Below, piece by piece: positions 1-12,989 of a stretch of DNA of 64,000 nucleotides. A program made the translations under genes and the position numbers. The first letter of the stretch is position 1; every line of letters begins with the position of its first letter. The notes under the pieces are model-generated. The model saw only the letters and a program-made list of their open reading frames with translations. It was not told where the DNA came from and did not search any database. This DNA is from Vicugna vicugna (Eukaryota). The stretch spans positions 1,025,651 through 1,089,650 of the forward strand of contig MU062062.1 of assembly GCA_013265495.1 (NCBI GenBank), written 5' to 3'.

Positions 1-1514
1 GAGCAAGGCCGGCGTTGCAGACAGACCGCTCCCGTCTGGGTCCGGAACTTGTGGTGTTGCGTGTGCAGAGCCCAGGCGGGCAGCGAGCAGAGACCCCACG
101 GAGCAGGGGTGTGGAGGACCTGGGATCTGTGGGCAGCGAGGGGGAGGGCTGACCCACAGAAAGAAGCACAGGAGCCCTGTGATGTGCTCCGGACGACAAG
201 CTGCTTAAAGTCGCTCAGTGCAGAGTGAGAGGCCAGGACCAGAGGGTCGTGAGCTGGGGAAGCCAGCCGCCTATTCCCGGGGGCCGTGCGGCCGGAGTCC
301 AGCAGACTGCCCACCGCAGTGGCCGGGGTTTCCAGAATTCAGAAATACTTCTTACCTGGTTGGGGAGCAGCAGCTGCCCCCAAAGTCCCAGCAGTGACCT
401 CCTATTGCCCAGATGACCCCGGCCCCTCCCACTGGGTTCCCAGCTCCCCCCAGATCCAAAACGGAATGGTTAACTCCCTGCCGTGGGGGGCCCCGGGACC
501 CTACTCCACCGTGTCAGGTGAGGCTGGGGAGCTGTGAGGCTGTGGTACCCCCTGGATGCTCTAACGTCGTGGCCAAGTGGAAGGGAAGGTGGGGCCACGC
601 AGCTGCTCCCTGGGGAAGCCGGTCTCAGCCTCCAGCCTCCAGAGCTGGGAGAAATGAACGTCTGTCGTGTGTGAGCGGCCCAGCCCCAGGTCTTCTGCTA
701 CAGCCCGAAGGCGCCGAGACCCCAGGTTACGCGTGTGTGCAAAGGCCACGAATGAGAACGGACATGCGACAGAAGGTAACGTCAGGAGCTGCTTAAGCAG
801 TCCTGCAGGTTCGTGCAGCAAGGAGACAGGATGCGGGCCACAAACGAGCGTTTCCGTGTTCGCTAAACCTGCCGCCCGATCAAGACAGCAGTGTTCTCAG
901 CCTCCTCGTCACACCCCAGACCCCCGTCCCCACGCCCGCGGCCCGGGCGGTCCGAGCAGGGTTTGGTGCTGGTGTGAGCACTGCACCAGCGCGGGGTCGG
1001 GGATACAAGCCTCTTCACAGGCAAAGAGGAGCGTCTTTTCGATGCTTGAGGCAAACTCGAACCACAGGCTAATCTCTGTTTTGTGTTATTAAAGGTAATC
1101 TTCCTTAATTAACATAATCAGAGGAAAATAATATACTTGGAGGCCAAAGAAGTGGCATATCTTAGATCAAAGATTTTTCTGGTGATTGTATTTATCCTTT
1201 GAAAACACGCATCTTGAGAGTTTCTAGATGGCGGTAATTTGATTCTTGACTCTGTTTACTTTGTCCTGTACTTACTCTGACTCTGAAATCACAAGACCGT
1301 GGGGGCTTCCTTTCATAACGCTGATAATGTTGGTAATCCGGGGGGAGCTATATAAACGGTACCTTCATGCTTGTGAACAGAACTATTTCTAGACCTGCAA
1401 TTAGTTCTTTATGAACAGCTTCGTGGAGGACAGAGCGTACCCCGGCTGCCTCCCTCCCTTCTGTGCGGGAGAGTGAAAAGGGAAGCCGTGGCTCCCCGCT
1501 GCGGTGTTCCTGCA

Positions 1515-1542
<28 letters not shown>
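1515..1542. repeat. (TG)14 microsatellite
   Basis: Direct read. Confidence 0.95.
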
Positions 1543-1545
<3 letters not shown>

Positions 1546-1699
1546 ACAGGCACCACGCTGGAAGTGCTGGGTGGGCCTGGCTGTGTGAGGTCAGGGAGCA
1601 TCAGGGTGGGCTCTGCTGAGGGCCCCCTTCCAGGCTTGCAGGCGGCGCCTTCTCACGGAGTCCTCCAGGTGAACAGCCAGCCGGGGTGACCCTTCCTCT

Positions 1700-1848
1700 T
1701 CTAAAAGGGCACCAGCCCTATCGGATGGTGCCTCACCCTCACGACCTCATTTAAACTTAAAAACCGCCCTTGAGACCCCATCTCCAAATGCCAGCCCACG
1801 GGGGTCAGGGCTCAACATGTAGATTCAAGGGACGTGATCCAACCCCAG
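1700..1848 (-). mobile_element. MaLR (MLT1-type) LTR fragment
   Basis: gacctcatttaaactta...ccccatctccaaat...gggtcagggctcaacatgt... Confidence 0.6.
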
Positions 1849-4800
1849 CGGGAGGCCATGGGCCCCACCGTCCACGAGCTGAACGTGGGACTGCCACCCT
1901 CCCCACCCCCGGTCTCTCTAAACCCAAGACCTCATCGCCCAGAGAACACTTGGAATCTCATGGAAACGCTAAGTGTAGCTTACCAAATGGTAGCAGTGAG
2001 CTCTCACTGGGGGACACACCCTGGAGACTGATCTCGACTTGAGGGCCTGGCCCTGTCAATTGTACAGCGGACACCGAGGAGGGTCTGCCCTGCACCGGGA
2101 ATCCTGGGCCCACGTGGGCAGCTGGTGTACGGGAGGGGCCGGTGCTTCCCTCCGCACCGGCAAGCACCCGCGAGAACTCGTGAGAGGAGCAGGTGTGGGC
2201 AGAATCACGGAGGGGGAGCCTTGGATTTCGCCGCCACACCCACCCTTGGCGGGAAGACCCCGCTGCGCCTCTGTCGCGGGGTGGCCTGAGGCCGCAGTGC
2301 ATCCGCGGTTGAGTCAGCCACACGTGGGACACAGGCGTCAGGAGGCGGGAGTCAGGACGACAGAACGAAGCTCATCTTCCTCGCCAAGACCGGGTGCTGC
2401 TGCAGGAGGGCCCCAGGCGGCCCCGCGCCCCCAGCCCCGCCGCGCACACCTGGAGCCGGGCCCCCGGAGTGGGGCGACCGCGACCAGAGGCCAGCGCCTC
2501 GCAGCCCGTCCGGAAGGCCAGCCGCCGGGAAGCGTTCGGGTGAAGCTTCGGCCTGAGCCGAGTGTAAATCTGGGGAAGGGGGGAGTTCAGATGTCACAGG
2601 CGGCTGGGGGGAGACCTTTCTGAGCCACAGGGAAGGGGCAGGATTCGCCCTCCCGGGTGTGGGACGGGCTGAGCGGCCTCTGCGTGCGGGGCGGACCGGC
2701 CCCGGCAGGGCAGGCGGGTGTATGTTGCACTGCTCATGGCATGTGTTCACGTTGGGGCAGGCGGGCATCCCAGGCGCGGTGCCCACGGGGTTACCAGCCA
2801 CCCCAGTTCCTGCCTGGTTACCAGGGAAGCACCTGTGTGCTCTGTGTTTCCTGCCACCAAACCTTCAGGGTCACAGAGCGTTGGGTCTTCTATCTATGTG
2901 CTGAAGATGCTCTCAGGTTGGGAGACAAAAGCATCACTGGGGAAACCCTGGGCCACTAACTGGCTGGGGTTTTGGAGTTCTCACCGAGGAAGGAAGCCGT
3001 AAGGAAGATTCTAGCGCACTTCTTACTTGCCTGGGCCCTGATAGCAGTTAGGGCTTGGTATGGTTTTAAGAAAGGTGTTCAAGGCTGTAGCTTCGGTTAA
3101 CAGTGTGTTTGTTTTTAATAAAACACAACAAAATGCTGTCTATCTCAGCATGTCCCTAGGATACCGTTTTATATTTTGCTCCGCTTAGTTTCTTGGCGTT
3201 CTTTTGTGGACTGGAGGGGAGGGGGAGAGCGTTCGTTAGCAGAGAGGAAACTGGCGGATAACCAGCTGCGTTCCTGGGCGTGGGCGTCAGACCGGCTGAC
3301 CTTTGTGTGGGGGCCTTCATTCTGAGTTTGTCTTCTTTAATTGTGGCTGGTTCGCAAGGCCTGATTTTTGTGTAACTCCTCTGCCTGCATCTTCTCCGGG
3401 TCTCCACTGCAGTCAGGTTTCCGGAGGCCCCATTGTTACAGCCCCAGAGAAACGTTCTCACTATTGTGTCTAACTTGGGACACAGAACAATGACCATTTT
3501 TCAAAGAGGAAGACGCCTGGGAGATTTCTTTTCATTTTACAGACTTTTCAGTGGCCCCTTCAGGAAAGGGAGTCTACCGGCGGCAGGAATTCAAGGGGGA
3601 AACACACACTTCGGAGAAGCAGGTGAGGAGAGTGCTGGGAGGCTGAGGACAGCCTGGCGGGAGCGAAGCCGCGGACGTGTGCCGCCAGGGCCCTGCATCC
3701 TCCGTCTCCCGGCGGGTGACGGGTGATTCCCTGCAGGTGCCCAGAGGGTCACTCGGGCCGTTCACCTGGAACCCTCTGAAGACCAAGGCGTGATCGCATT
3801 TCAGAGGTCATGGCGAATATTTCCAGAAGCACCGTGCAGGTGCCCTTGGGCTTACCTGGCAGACGCCCCATTCACACTCTGGCTTGAAGGCTTGTCGTGT
3901 GGTCGCCGGCTGAGGCGGCAGCAAGAACACACCCAGGCCTCCCTCGAGGGAGAGACGCCCCCACAGCCGTCGCTCTGAGGGTCTCTGGACGAGCGGTCCC
4001 CGGGCTCTCCGTGGGCAGCGTGGCCCCGGCGAAGGGGGGCTGCTAGCATCCCCGAGCCGCAGTAACCGGCGCACCCAGGGGGGCCGCTGTCCTGGGCGCC
4101 TTCGGTGGGAGTCCCGGCTTCACTTTCTGCAGATGAATCCCAGCCTTCTCCGCTCCCAGAGCCCCGCATGCTCCCCTCCCCAGAGCAGCGGTCAGCGTCT
4201 GGCTGCCCTCCCCTTTGACGAGAACGTCCACGCCTCCTGCTGGGGTACAGGCCACCCCACCCACTCACTCATGTCTGTGTTTTCAAGCTAGTGCGTGACC
4301 CGACACACTCAGTCCTGTGCCCCAAGCACATACTGAATGAATGAATGAATGAGTAAATGAGCGTATGAACGAAAACAAGGGATGTCTCGTGTCTCAGAAG
4401 TGTACCTGCACGTGTGCACTTCTCAGAGGTGGGCAGAGCCCTGAGGCTGTCTCTTTTCCAGGCCTTCCTGTCAACCGTGCTGGAATCTGACAGCTCGTGC
4501 AGCATCCTTCTCCCACCCCGGGCGTTCGATGTCCTTCCTTCTGTTTATATGAACCAGTTATGATGCAAAGTCTCCTGCAGACCTGCGTCCCCCCGTTTCC
4601 CACCTCTCTCCCCACTGCCCAGTACCACTGCCCCTGGCACCGGCTCTGAGTGGGTGTCACCAAGCATTTCACTCCTGATTTTCACGGCAGAGCGACTCAA
4701 GTATGCTTCCCGTGGTCATGGAGGGCTCCATGTGTTCACCGCTGCGCTGGCCTCTACCGAGTGGGACGAGGAGGTTGTCTGTGGACCCCGCGGTCCTGCC

Positions 4801-5660
4801 CAGCCGCCCTACCCCTGCTCTGAAGCCAGCCTTTCCTGCAACCCCCGGCCCCAGCAGACGAGACACAGGACCATCTCGTGAACACGATTCCCATGGCAGA
4901 ACGAGAGCTTCTGGGGAGCATGGCTCCCCTGGAAAGCTGGTGACTCCATCCCAGATGATAGAGTCGCCTATACACTAGGCTGTGCTTAGATGCCAGAGAA
5001 CACAGGAAAGGCAGTGTGTACAAAGGAAACGAAGTTTGAATTGTCTGAATAACCCACGTACATCCACCTGACTGGTAAGTGTTTGCACCGATGCGCGATG
5101 GCGCCCGAGCTCCCAGGCTTGAGCAGTTGTGGGCGAGCGGAGCCAGTTCCCTGGGCGCTGGCAGCATGGCCCTGGGTCCGTGCCCAGCGTGCCCGGCGGC
5201 CCGCGCAGCATCGCCCATCATGGTGATGGGAGAACCAGCTCGCCCACAGCCCTTCTCTTGGCTTCTCTCCAGGGACCCCTCGCTCCCTGATGAGCCTCGT
5301 GGCTCACAGTAACTCAGCTCTAAGGAACACTCAGACGGGGTCACGCCCCTCGAGTCGCCGCACTTTTGAGAAGGTCCCAGAGGACGTTCTGAGCCTCCAC
5401 ATGACCGTCTCCTCCCGCTGCTCAGGGAAGGGTTCACCCTGACCACAGTCCTGCCCCAGCCTGAGCCCCACAGAGGTCCCACCAGAGAGGTCCAGGCGTC
5501 ATGCTGCAGGCACCCTGGTCGGCAGCGTCTGCTGGGCCTCTGCTGCCACCCAGTGTCCCTCGGCCACCGCCCTCGGGCGCACAGTTGATGGAGGAGAGGC
5601 ACCTGGTCCATGCTGCTGGGCAGGGGCGGGGCTGGGCATCCCCGGGGTGGAGGGGACTCA

Positions 5661-5828
5661 CAAGTCGCTGAGTAGTGCTTCGTTGTGAGCACGCTGCATC
5701 CTCTTTCTCCATCATCTGCCGACAGACACTTAGGTTGGTTCCGTGTCTTGGTTGTTGTAAACAGTGCTGTGTGAGCAGTGGGGTGCACGTATCTAGTTGA
5801 ATTAGTTTTTGTCTTTTCTGAATGTACG
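5661..5828 (-). mobile_element. LINE-1 3' fragment, antisense
   Basis: gacacttaggttggttccgtgtcttggttgttgtaaacagtgctg is a typical L1 3' tract. Confidence 0.7.
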
Positions 5829-6979
5829 AAGGGCTATTTTTTCATGTTCAGAGTTGTACTGTGAGTCTCTGGATAAAGATATTCTAAGAGACAAACTGAC
5901 GTTAGCAGTTCTGACAGTGGCGGTGGCAGAAAGGGGAGCTGAGTGCGGAGGGTGAGGTCTGACTATAGAATGAAGCGCTGCCCAGCGTAAACATGATGCC
6001 CAGGAGAAGGTGGGAGCTTGGGGACCCTAGTGCCACCAGGTCTTTGTGAGCGCGTGCAGGGAGGGGACCAGATGTAGAGACAGCAGATGTGGGGGAGGGG
6101 CCAGGCTTAGGAGGTCCCTACGGGGACTGAGGGGGGGGGTCCCACAGGGTGAAGGAGGGAGCCGTGGCTGTTTGGCAGAAGACTTACGGGGCAGGAACCA
6201 GGAGCCCAGGCCCTGCTGCACGCGAGCTCACTGTAGGGTGTTGATCCACCTGTCAAGTCAGAACGAAGACCTGGGCTGGTCCCAAGGGGTCTGAACGCAG
6301 AGGGTGGCCTGGGGTGTCACTCAGCTGACAAGGACCAAGGGCCCAGGAGACAAACACCTGAGGCCCCGAGGAGCGGTGCCCACACGGCAGGACATGTCTC
6401 AGCCTCTGCCCCCACCTCTCGACATCCCCCTCCTCACGCGCAGCCGTCAGGGCGGCGGGGGGGGGGCCCGGAGCCCTCACCCCCGTGGGGAGAGACGGGC
6501 CAGCTCATTCCTGGGGTGCGGACAGAGCCACGTCCACGCCCCTAACGAGAAACTGTCGTCCCGACAGGACAGCGACGGCTCTGTCACCAGGGCTCACCGG
6601 GAACCTCAGGCACACGGAGTGAGCAGAGATGGGGCCGGGTCCCCGCAGCCAGGGCGAGCTCAGGTGGGAAGTCCACAGGTGACTTTTGACTTGTTTTCTC
6701 CAGGAGTTTGGGCTGCAGTCAAAGAAACTGGCTTATACCTGTGACAGTGAAAAGGCGAGACTAGAGACCGTGCCTCCGGGAGGCCCCACGCGGAGCACAG
6801 AGCTGCGGCTCCTGAGTCTGCTCTCTGCCCCCGGCGAAGGCTGAAAATCTCCTACCGTAGGGTCCCCAGAAAAGTCCTAGAAAAGGACTTTTAATTGACT
6901 TGCTTGGGTCTTTCGTCTGTTCCTTACCCAGTTCCTGTAAGCCGGAGGCACAAAGTGCTCTGGCTGGCCGGCCTGGAGT

Positions 6980-7141
6980 GATGTCGGGGATGGGGTGAGG
7001 ATGGGGATGGGGTGAGGACGGCGATGTGGGGAGGACGAAGATGGGGTGAGGACGGGGATGTGGGGAGGACGAAGATGGGGTGAGGTCGGGGAAGGGATGA
7101 GGATGGGGACGGGGTGGGGACGGGGTGAGGACCGGGATGTG
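6980..7141. repeat. G-rich minisatellite, ~34-bp period with GATGGG(G) sub-units
   Basis: gatggggtgaggacgg[c/g]gatgtggggaggacgaa repeated (unit starts 7040, 7074). Confidence 0.85.
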
Positions 7142-8469
7142 CGACGTGGTCCAGGTCAGGACCGCCGGGCATGTGAGTGGGGAGAGCCCTAGCATCGTGG
7201 AAGCAGGACGGCGCACGTGCACCGCGGACGCAGGCCCAGGGCCTCTCCGTCACGAAGCACCGCTCTGAGCATATATTTTATTGGAAAAGCAACAGAAGTT
7301 CCTAGTGGTTCTAAACTCCCGTTGCTTTTCATTTACTTACAGCAACCATTGCTTTGTGTCACGCTTTTTACAGTGCCAGCCAAGCAGGCTGAAGTGGCTG
7401 TAAGTGTCAATAACCATCATGAAAGCAATTTCAGTAAAAATAAATAAACCGTGTAAACGACTTACTTACGCAAAGGCAGGATCCTTGCCGAGCAAGTGGT
7501 GGAAATTGAGGAAAGGGCGCCATCTGGTGGCCGCGCCCGTTCAGTCTGTCGCTGAAAATCAAATTGAGGGTTTGGAAGAGCAGCCCTTGCGGAGGAAATT
7601 ACTCTTACAGCGAGAGGAAATAACAGGACTAAAGAGTGGACATTATTTTGCACCTTAAAAAAAGCCAAGACTTAATTGTAAACAAAGAGAAAACGTACTG
7701 AGAAACTTTTTTTTTCAGTGCATAGTTTCTATGAAAACTTAAGCCCTGCCCTGGTTTGCTCCTGGAAGCTGGTCTCTGCTGTGTAACTGGTGAGTGTCCA
7801 GCTCCCACATTCCATTGGTCCCAGTAGGCGGGCTTTTCATCCACATGCTTGGGCCCCGATCACGCCGCCGCTGACTGGGCCGGGATGGCCGACGACGTGA
7901 GTTTTAGAAACATAGTGTTAGGTGGAAAGGGCAAGTCCCCTGGATGTCGAGCACCGCGTCACTCTGCAAGGCGAAGGCCAAGCACGAGAAGACGGAGGTG
8001 AATCTTAGGGTGACGAGCAGGTGCGAGCCGACACGGGGGCCCTGGGGTCCGTCGTGAGCAGCGCTCGGCTGCTCTGTACCCGACGGTTCTCCTCGCTTCC
8101 TCCCGGCTGAGTCTTCCACTGATTTTCGGTATAATTACCGGGAGAGGGTTCTGCCCACTACCAGCTGCCAATTCACAACATTTGGGTGGATCCTTTGGCG
8201 TGAAGTCATATCACAGACCTTAAATATTTCCAAGATAAGAAATCTGTTTTTCATCTATCCAAATTGTGAAGAAACAGCAGATTATAAACTCTCGTGTTCT
8301 GTGTGTTTTAAATTGGCATTTCTTTACTAAGCAGTAGGCCCTTTAAGAAATCTGTATGGAGTAAGTTATGTTACTAGAATGACGATTATCATTATGAAGC
8401 AGTAACTGGCAACGTGAGCCTTGAGGCTTTTAAAGCGCCGTTTGTCCAGTTCCTACTATGAAAAAGGCA

Positions 8470-8620
8470 CTGTGGTAAATGCTTTACATTTTCTGTGAAG
8501 TAGGTAATATGATCTCTCTATTTTGGGAAGCCGAAAGGTAAGGCCTCTGGGCCACGTGCGGAAGGTCACGTAGCTTGTAAGTGGCAGAACAGAGATCCAA
8601 ATGCAGACATCTCTGTCTAC
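8470..8620. mobile_element. MIR-like SINE remnant
   Basis: aaggtcacgtagcttgtaagtggcagaac.gagat..aaa resembles the MIR core. Confidence 0.45.
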
Positions 8621-8776
8621 GAAACTTTATTCATACAGCAGCTTCCTCTCCATGTAAAGGGTAGTTCTCAGTAATTCGATGGGAATTCTGTTTTATGATC
8701 AAACAGTAGTAGAGTCAGATGAAGAAATCTTACAGGAGTCAAGGCCACAAAGATGCCTCTCTTCTGTCTGAAAGGA

Positions 8777-8779
<3 letters not shown>

Positions 8780-8834
<55 letters not shown>
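8780..8834. repeat. (GA)n microsatellite with one interruption
   Basis: Direct read. Confidence 0.95.
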
Positions 8835-9729
8835 GGAGGAGTGACCTCGTCTGCAGTGCAGAGGGTGTGGGCGTGGGGGATTGCACTACCCAGCTGACGT
8901 TCTCAGGGAACACCCAAAAACAGCCGCGAACAACAGAAAACACTCAGCCTCTCCACGTTTGGGAAAGGGCATTGGGAAGGCTGCAGGCGGAGGCGGGCGG
9001 GCATGAATGTAAATGGTACACGGCTGCCCTCAGGGAGCCCCGGGATGAATGCAGGAATGTGGCCCACAGCCCTGCAGGGCAGTGCTCTGAATTGTTCTCA
9101 GCTATAAATATCCCCACCAAATTACAGGGGAGGAGTTAACTAGAGACGCTGCCGTCTTCAGTTAAATCTTTGCCAACTGGATTGGCTGAAAATGCTTTCA
9201 CACTTTTCTCTTAATTTTTATTTTCTTCCCTGTGAGTTTGAGGGTCTTTCTTCTTTGTTCGTCATTTGTAATTTTATTTTTGAAACAACTTAACCAATTT
9301 TTCAGTTATTCTAGGAGATGAGTAAGAACCATTTGCATATAAGGCCTTCTCTATCTTGGGAGCTGCATTTGTTTTGGCTTGTTGGTGTTTTGAGTTTGTA
9401 GTAATACTTCCATTGCACGCCTATTTTAAGCTCGTATGCTGACTAATGTACCCGTTTTCCCTTTATGGACTCCGGGGGTTTATACCACACTTAGAAATAG
9501 TCCCTAAATTCCTCAATTATGTTTTACACTTGCTCACTGTTGCGTTTTTTGAGCCCATTTTATATTAAACTCACTGACCTATCTGGCTCTCTTGGTGTGA
9601 AGAATGGGTTGTCATGGAGCTGACTTGTCTCAGCCTCATTTCCTGAATAATCATCTTTTCCTCAATGGTGTAAAAGGCTTCCTTTACCGTATATGGAAAC
9701 TTTATATGTTCTGGGTCGCTGAGAGCGAA

Positions 9730-10080
9730 CTGTGCTGGTTTTCTGGGGCTGCAGGGGACAAGCGCCACACGGGGGCGTGGACGGCAGACATTCGTTGTCT
9801 CCCAGGCGGAGGCTGCAGGCGCAAGGCCACGGCGTCAGCAGGGCAGGCGTCTCCGGAGGCCTCTCTCCTTGGCCTGTAGGTGGCGTCCTCCCTGTGTCCT
9901 CACAGGCCACCCTCTGTGGGTCCTGGTCCTGATCTCCTCTTCTTGGACTAGGGCCCCCGAGCCACAGCTGACCTCGGTCACCTCTTTAAAGACTCCATCT
10001 CCAAACACAGTCACGTGCTGAGGTCGGGGTGGGGGGATCAGGGCTTTGACACAGGAATTCAGTGGGGACGCAGTTCCGTC
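9730..10080 (-). mobile_element. MaLR (MLT1-type) solo LTR
   Basis: cacctctttaaagactccatctccaaacacagtcacgtgctgaggt... and the MLT1-type opposite end. Confidence 0.65.
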
Positions 10081-11454
10081 CTAACACCATCTGTAGCCAA
10101 AGACCTGGACCAGCCAGTGGAAAGCACAAATCTGTAAGAAAATGACCTGTCTGCTTAACCCGTGGTGACGCAGCTCATTGTCCGCTTTCAGAGCACGGCT
10201 CTCCCAGCACCCAGCTTCTCTGGAGCCGGGTTGGACCAGACCTCGAGCGTAGGAAGGGCGCTGTGCGTCCAGACACACGGAGTCCGGGGCCCTGCCTCCA
10301 GCCTGCCCCTTGGCGCTGGTCTCCACCGCACGCCGCACACTCGGGGGGCACAGATATGCAGAACCCCCCCAGGAGCCCCTGCCTCGCTTCTGACAAGCTT
10401 CCCTCTGCTCCGCAGGCTGGCTCTGCGGTCTCCTCTCCTTGGGCTTGGGTTTCATACGGGAATTTGGTCCTCCCCGACTTTGCAGTGTCAAACTCAGGTC
10501 CCCTGAAGACCGTTCCGTTAGCAATAGGGCCAGTTCCGCTCTTCCCTTTGGGAATATTGCCAGAATTCCCCAAGTTTGGTATTATTGGATACTTGAGAAC
10601 ATCAATTCCCAAATCGATAATATTGTCAATGCTATCAATGCAAAAGTAATTTTAATGACTAACAGGTTGAGAGATGTGTTGAAACTGATCTACTTGAAGA
10701 TGATTTGGTCTCCGAACTTAAAAAAGGACCGACTGAGAAGTCATGAAAACAGCTTTTCTCCCACTGAGCTTTTTACTGTGTAAAGATGCTACTGCCTCTG
10801 GCTTGTTCCCACAAAGAGCCATCTCACTAGTGGGCATTTATTTCACCGCCACAAACGGCGCATGATGACGCCGTGCTAGTGCCGAGCCGTGGGTCTTCCC
10901 TCCGCCCTCTGTCCTCTCCCACGCGCCCATCATTCTTTCTCCAACTGACAGCTGTTTGTTACCTGTCAAAGCTCCAAAAAGTGATGTGAGGAAAGTCAAT
11001 TACAATATTCATGTTTTCCCCTATTTCTAGCATCTTAAAATTCCTCCTTACAAATAAGCTAGACTATTGTAGAATGTTTTGTTTTTAAAAAAACAAAACC
11101 CAGCAATTTGAAATAAACTTCACATTTGTTCCATGAAATAATGACTTTGAACGGTACATAAAAGTCAAGCAAGAAACTTGAAGGGAAAAGCTAGACTTAA
11201 AAAAAAAAAAGAGGGTGAGTGGATAGCAACAGACTGCCTCTTTTTAGGAATCGAAACCTGACAATTTTATTCTAAAAGACCAGCAATAGTTAATAAGAGT
11301 TTAATTTTAACAACTAGGTGTTTTATTATTAAAGACTCCCCTGGTATTCCATCGCACAGGAGGGTGGTCTGTTGTCGCAGCAAGGTGGGTAGCAGACTGG
11401 CCCCAAACACGCCTCCCCTGAGCCCTGGAGCCTGCCAGTCTGTTGTCCTTTGTG

Positions 11455-11790
11455 GCCACGAGGAATTAAGGTTGCAGATGGGATCAAGGTTGCCAATCAG
11501 ATGACCTTAAAATAAGGAGATGACTTTGGGTGACCTGGGTGGGCCCAGGTAATTACAAGTCTCCAGGCAGGGAGCAGAGCCTCAGACTCAGGGAGGCGGC
11601 ACCCGGGAAAAGACCTGGACCAGCCGTGGCCGCCTGTGAGGGCGGAGGAAGGGGTCGCGAGCCGGGGAATGTGGGGGTCCCCTAGAAGCTGGAAAAGGCA
11701 AGAAAACAGATTCTCCCCCAAGTCTCCAGGGGCAGCACATCCCTGCTGACGCCTGGCTAGACCGAGAGCCTCACAAAACCGGGGCCGTGT
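11455..11790 (+). mobile_element. MaLR (MLT1-type) LTR fragment
   Basis: ttgcagatgggatcaagg...gggtgggcccaggtaattaca...cctagaagctggaaaaggcaagaaaacagattctccc. Confidence 0.65.
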
Positions 11791-12989
11791 CTTTCATCTC
11801 TGCCTGAAGAGCTAGTTTCTACATTTTTTACCCCAAATTCTGCAGCAGTAAAGCTTATCTTTGGAGCTCAAAAACATTTATCCAACAAGAGCATGATCAT
11901 GAACACATTGCGCTCCTGCCTTGGAAACTGGTTACAAAAGAATTATCGAGTGTTACGAGTGTCACAGAGTGACTTGGCACACAAAGCACGTAATCCACGG
12001 CCATGGAGCACATAAGAGGCCGAGCACAAGTTGAACTGGATGGTTCTCTGTTGTAACCAACTGGGGAAACTGTGGTTTAGTTACACAAGACACCAGAGCA
12101 TTCACGAGAAACAGTAGCTTTTGAGTGCCGTTCAAACATCTGAAACGTGTAAGACGTTTAGAATTTGAGCAGTGGCTATACTTAGAAAAGAAACAGTTGA
12201 AGAAAGTAAACACTGTCTTTGGAAGTTTCCAGGTTTTTTTTTTTCCCTCTTTACTGTATCATTTCTACCTGGTGGCGAACCTTTTCCCCAGATCCCTGGA
12301 TACTTTGTTTTCTCTTTCAATAATTTTCCTTACAAGACAATCAATAAGTCATTGGCTCTCAGTGTGATTTTAAGAAAATGGGCATTTGCACTTCAAGCAT
12401 TTTGCTAAGTTTGGAACGTATTTTTGTCTCCCGTTGAAGTATTTCAGGCGTCAGTGAATACAGGCTGATTCACTGGGGACAATGTGGAGGCGGTCCTCTC
12501 TGTCTCAAGTCCGACTTGAAATTTCACCAGGAGTTAGGGGGCCAATCTCATGACTTCCTCTGAGGTCATTTAATCTTGGGGATTTTTCTATTACAGCAAG
12601 CAGAAGCAAAATTCAAACCATATGTATTAAAAGCACAAGTGAGAAAAGTAAACCTTCCAAGCTTTTAGAAGAAGTGCAGTTTCACTATGACCTTGGGGTA
12701 GGTGCAGAGTGGTTTGAAGTAGCAGTTCAGTTTTTCCCATGTAAGTTACAAGACGTGTTGAATCTGTTCTCCAGTGACCCACTTCTAGGTGTCTGCTCCT
12801 GGCTTCTTCTAGATTCCTTTAGGCTCTGTGCTAATTAATATACACGGGCTTATTGGCTATAACTTCGTAGGCTTAATAAGTGTAAAAGTCCCTAAAAAGA
12901 CTTTCCTTAACCCCTGCCAAAATCAGTTCCCCGCACTGTCCTTCAGGACCGTTTGCCTGTTCTTGAATCTCGTCTCCTTCGCCTGAGTT

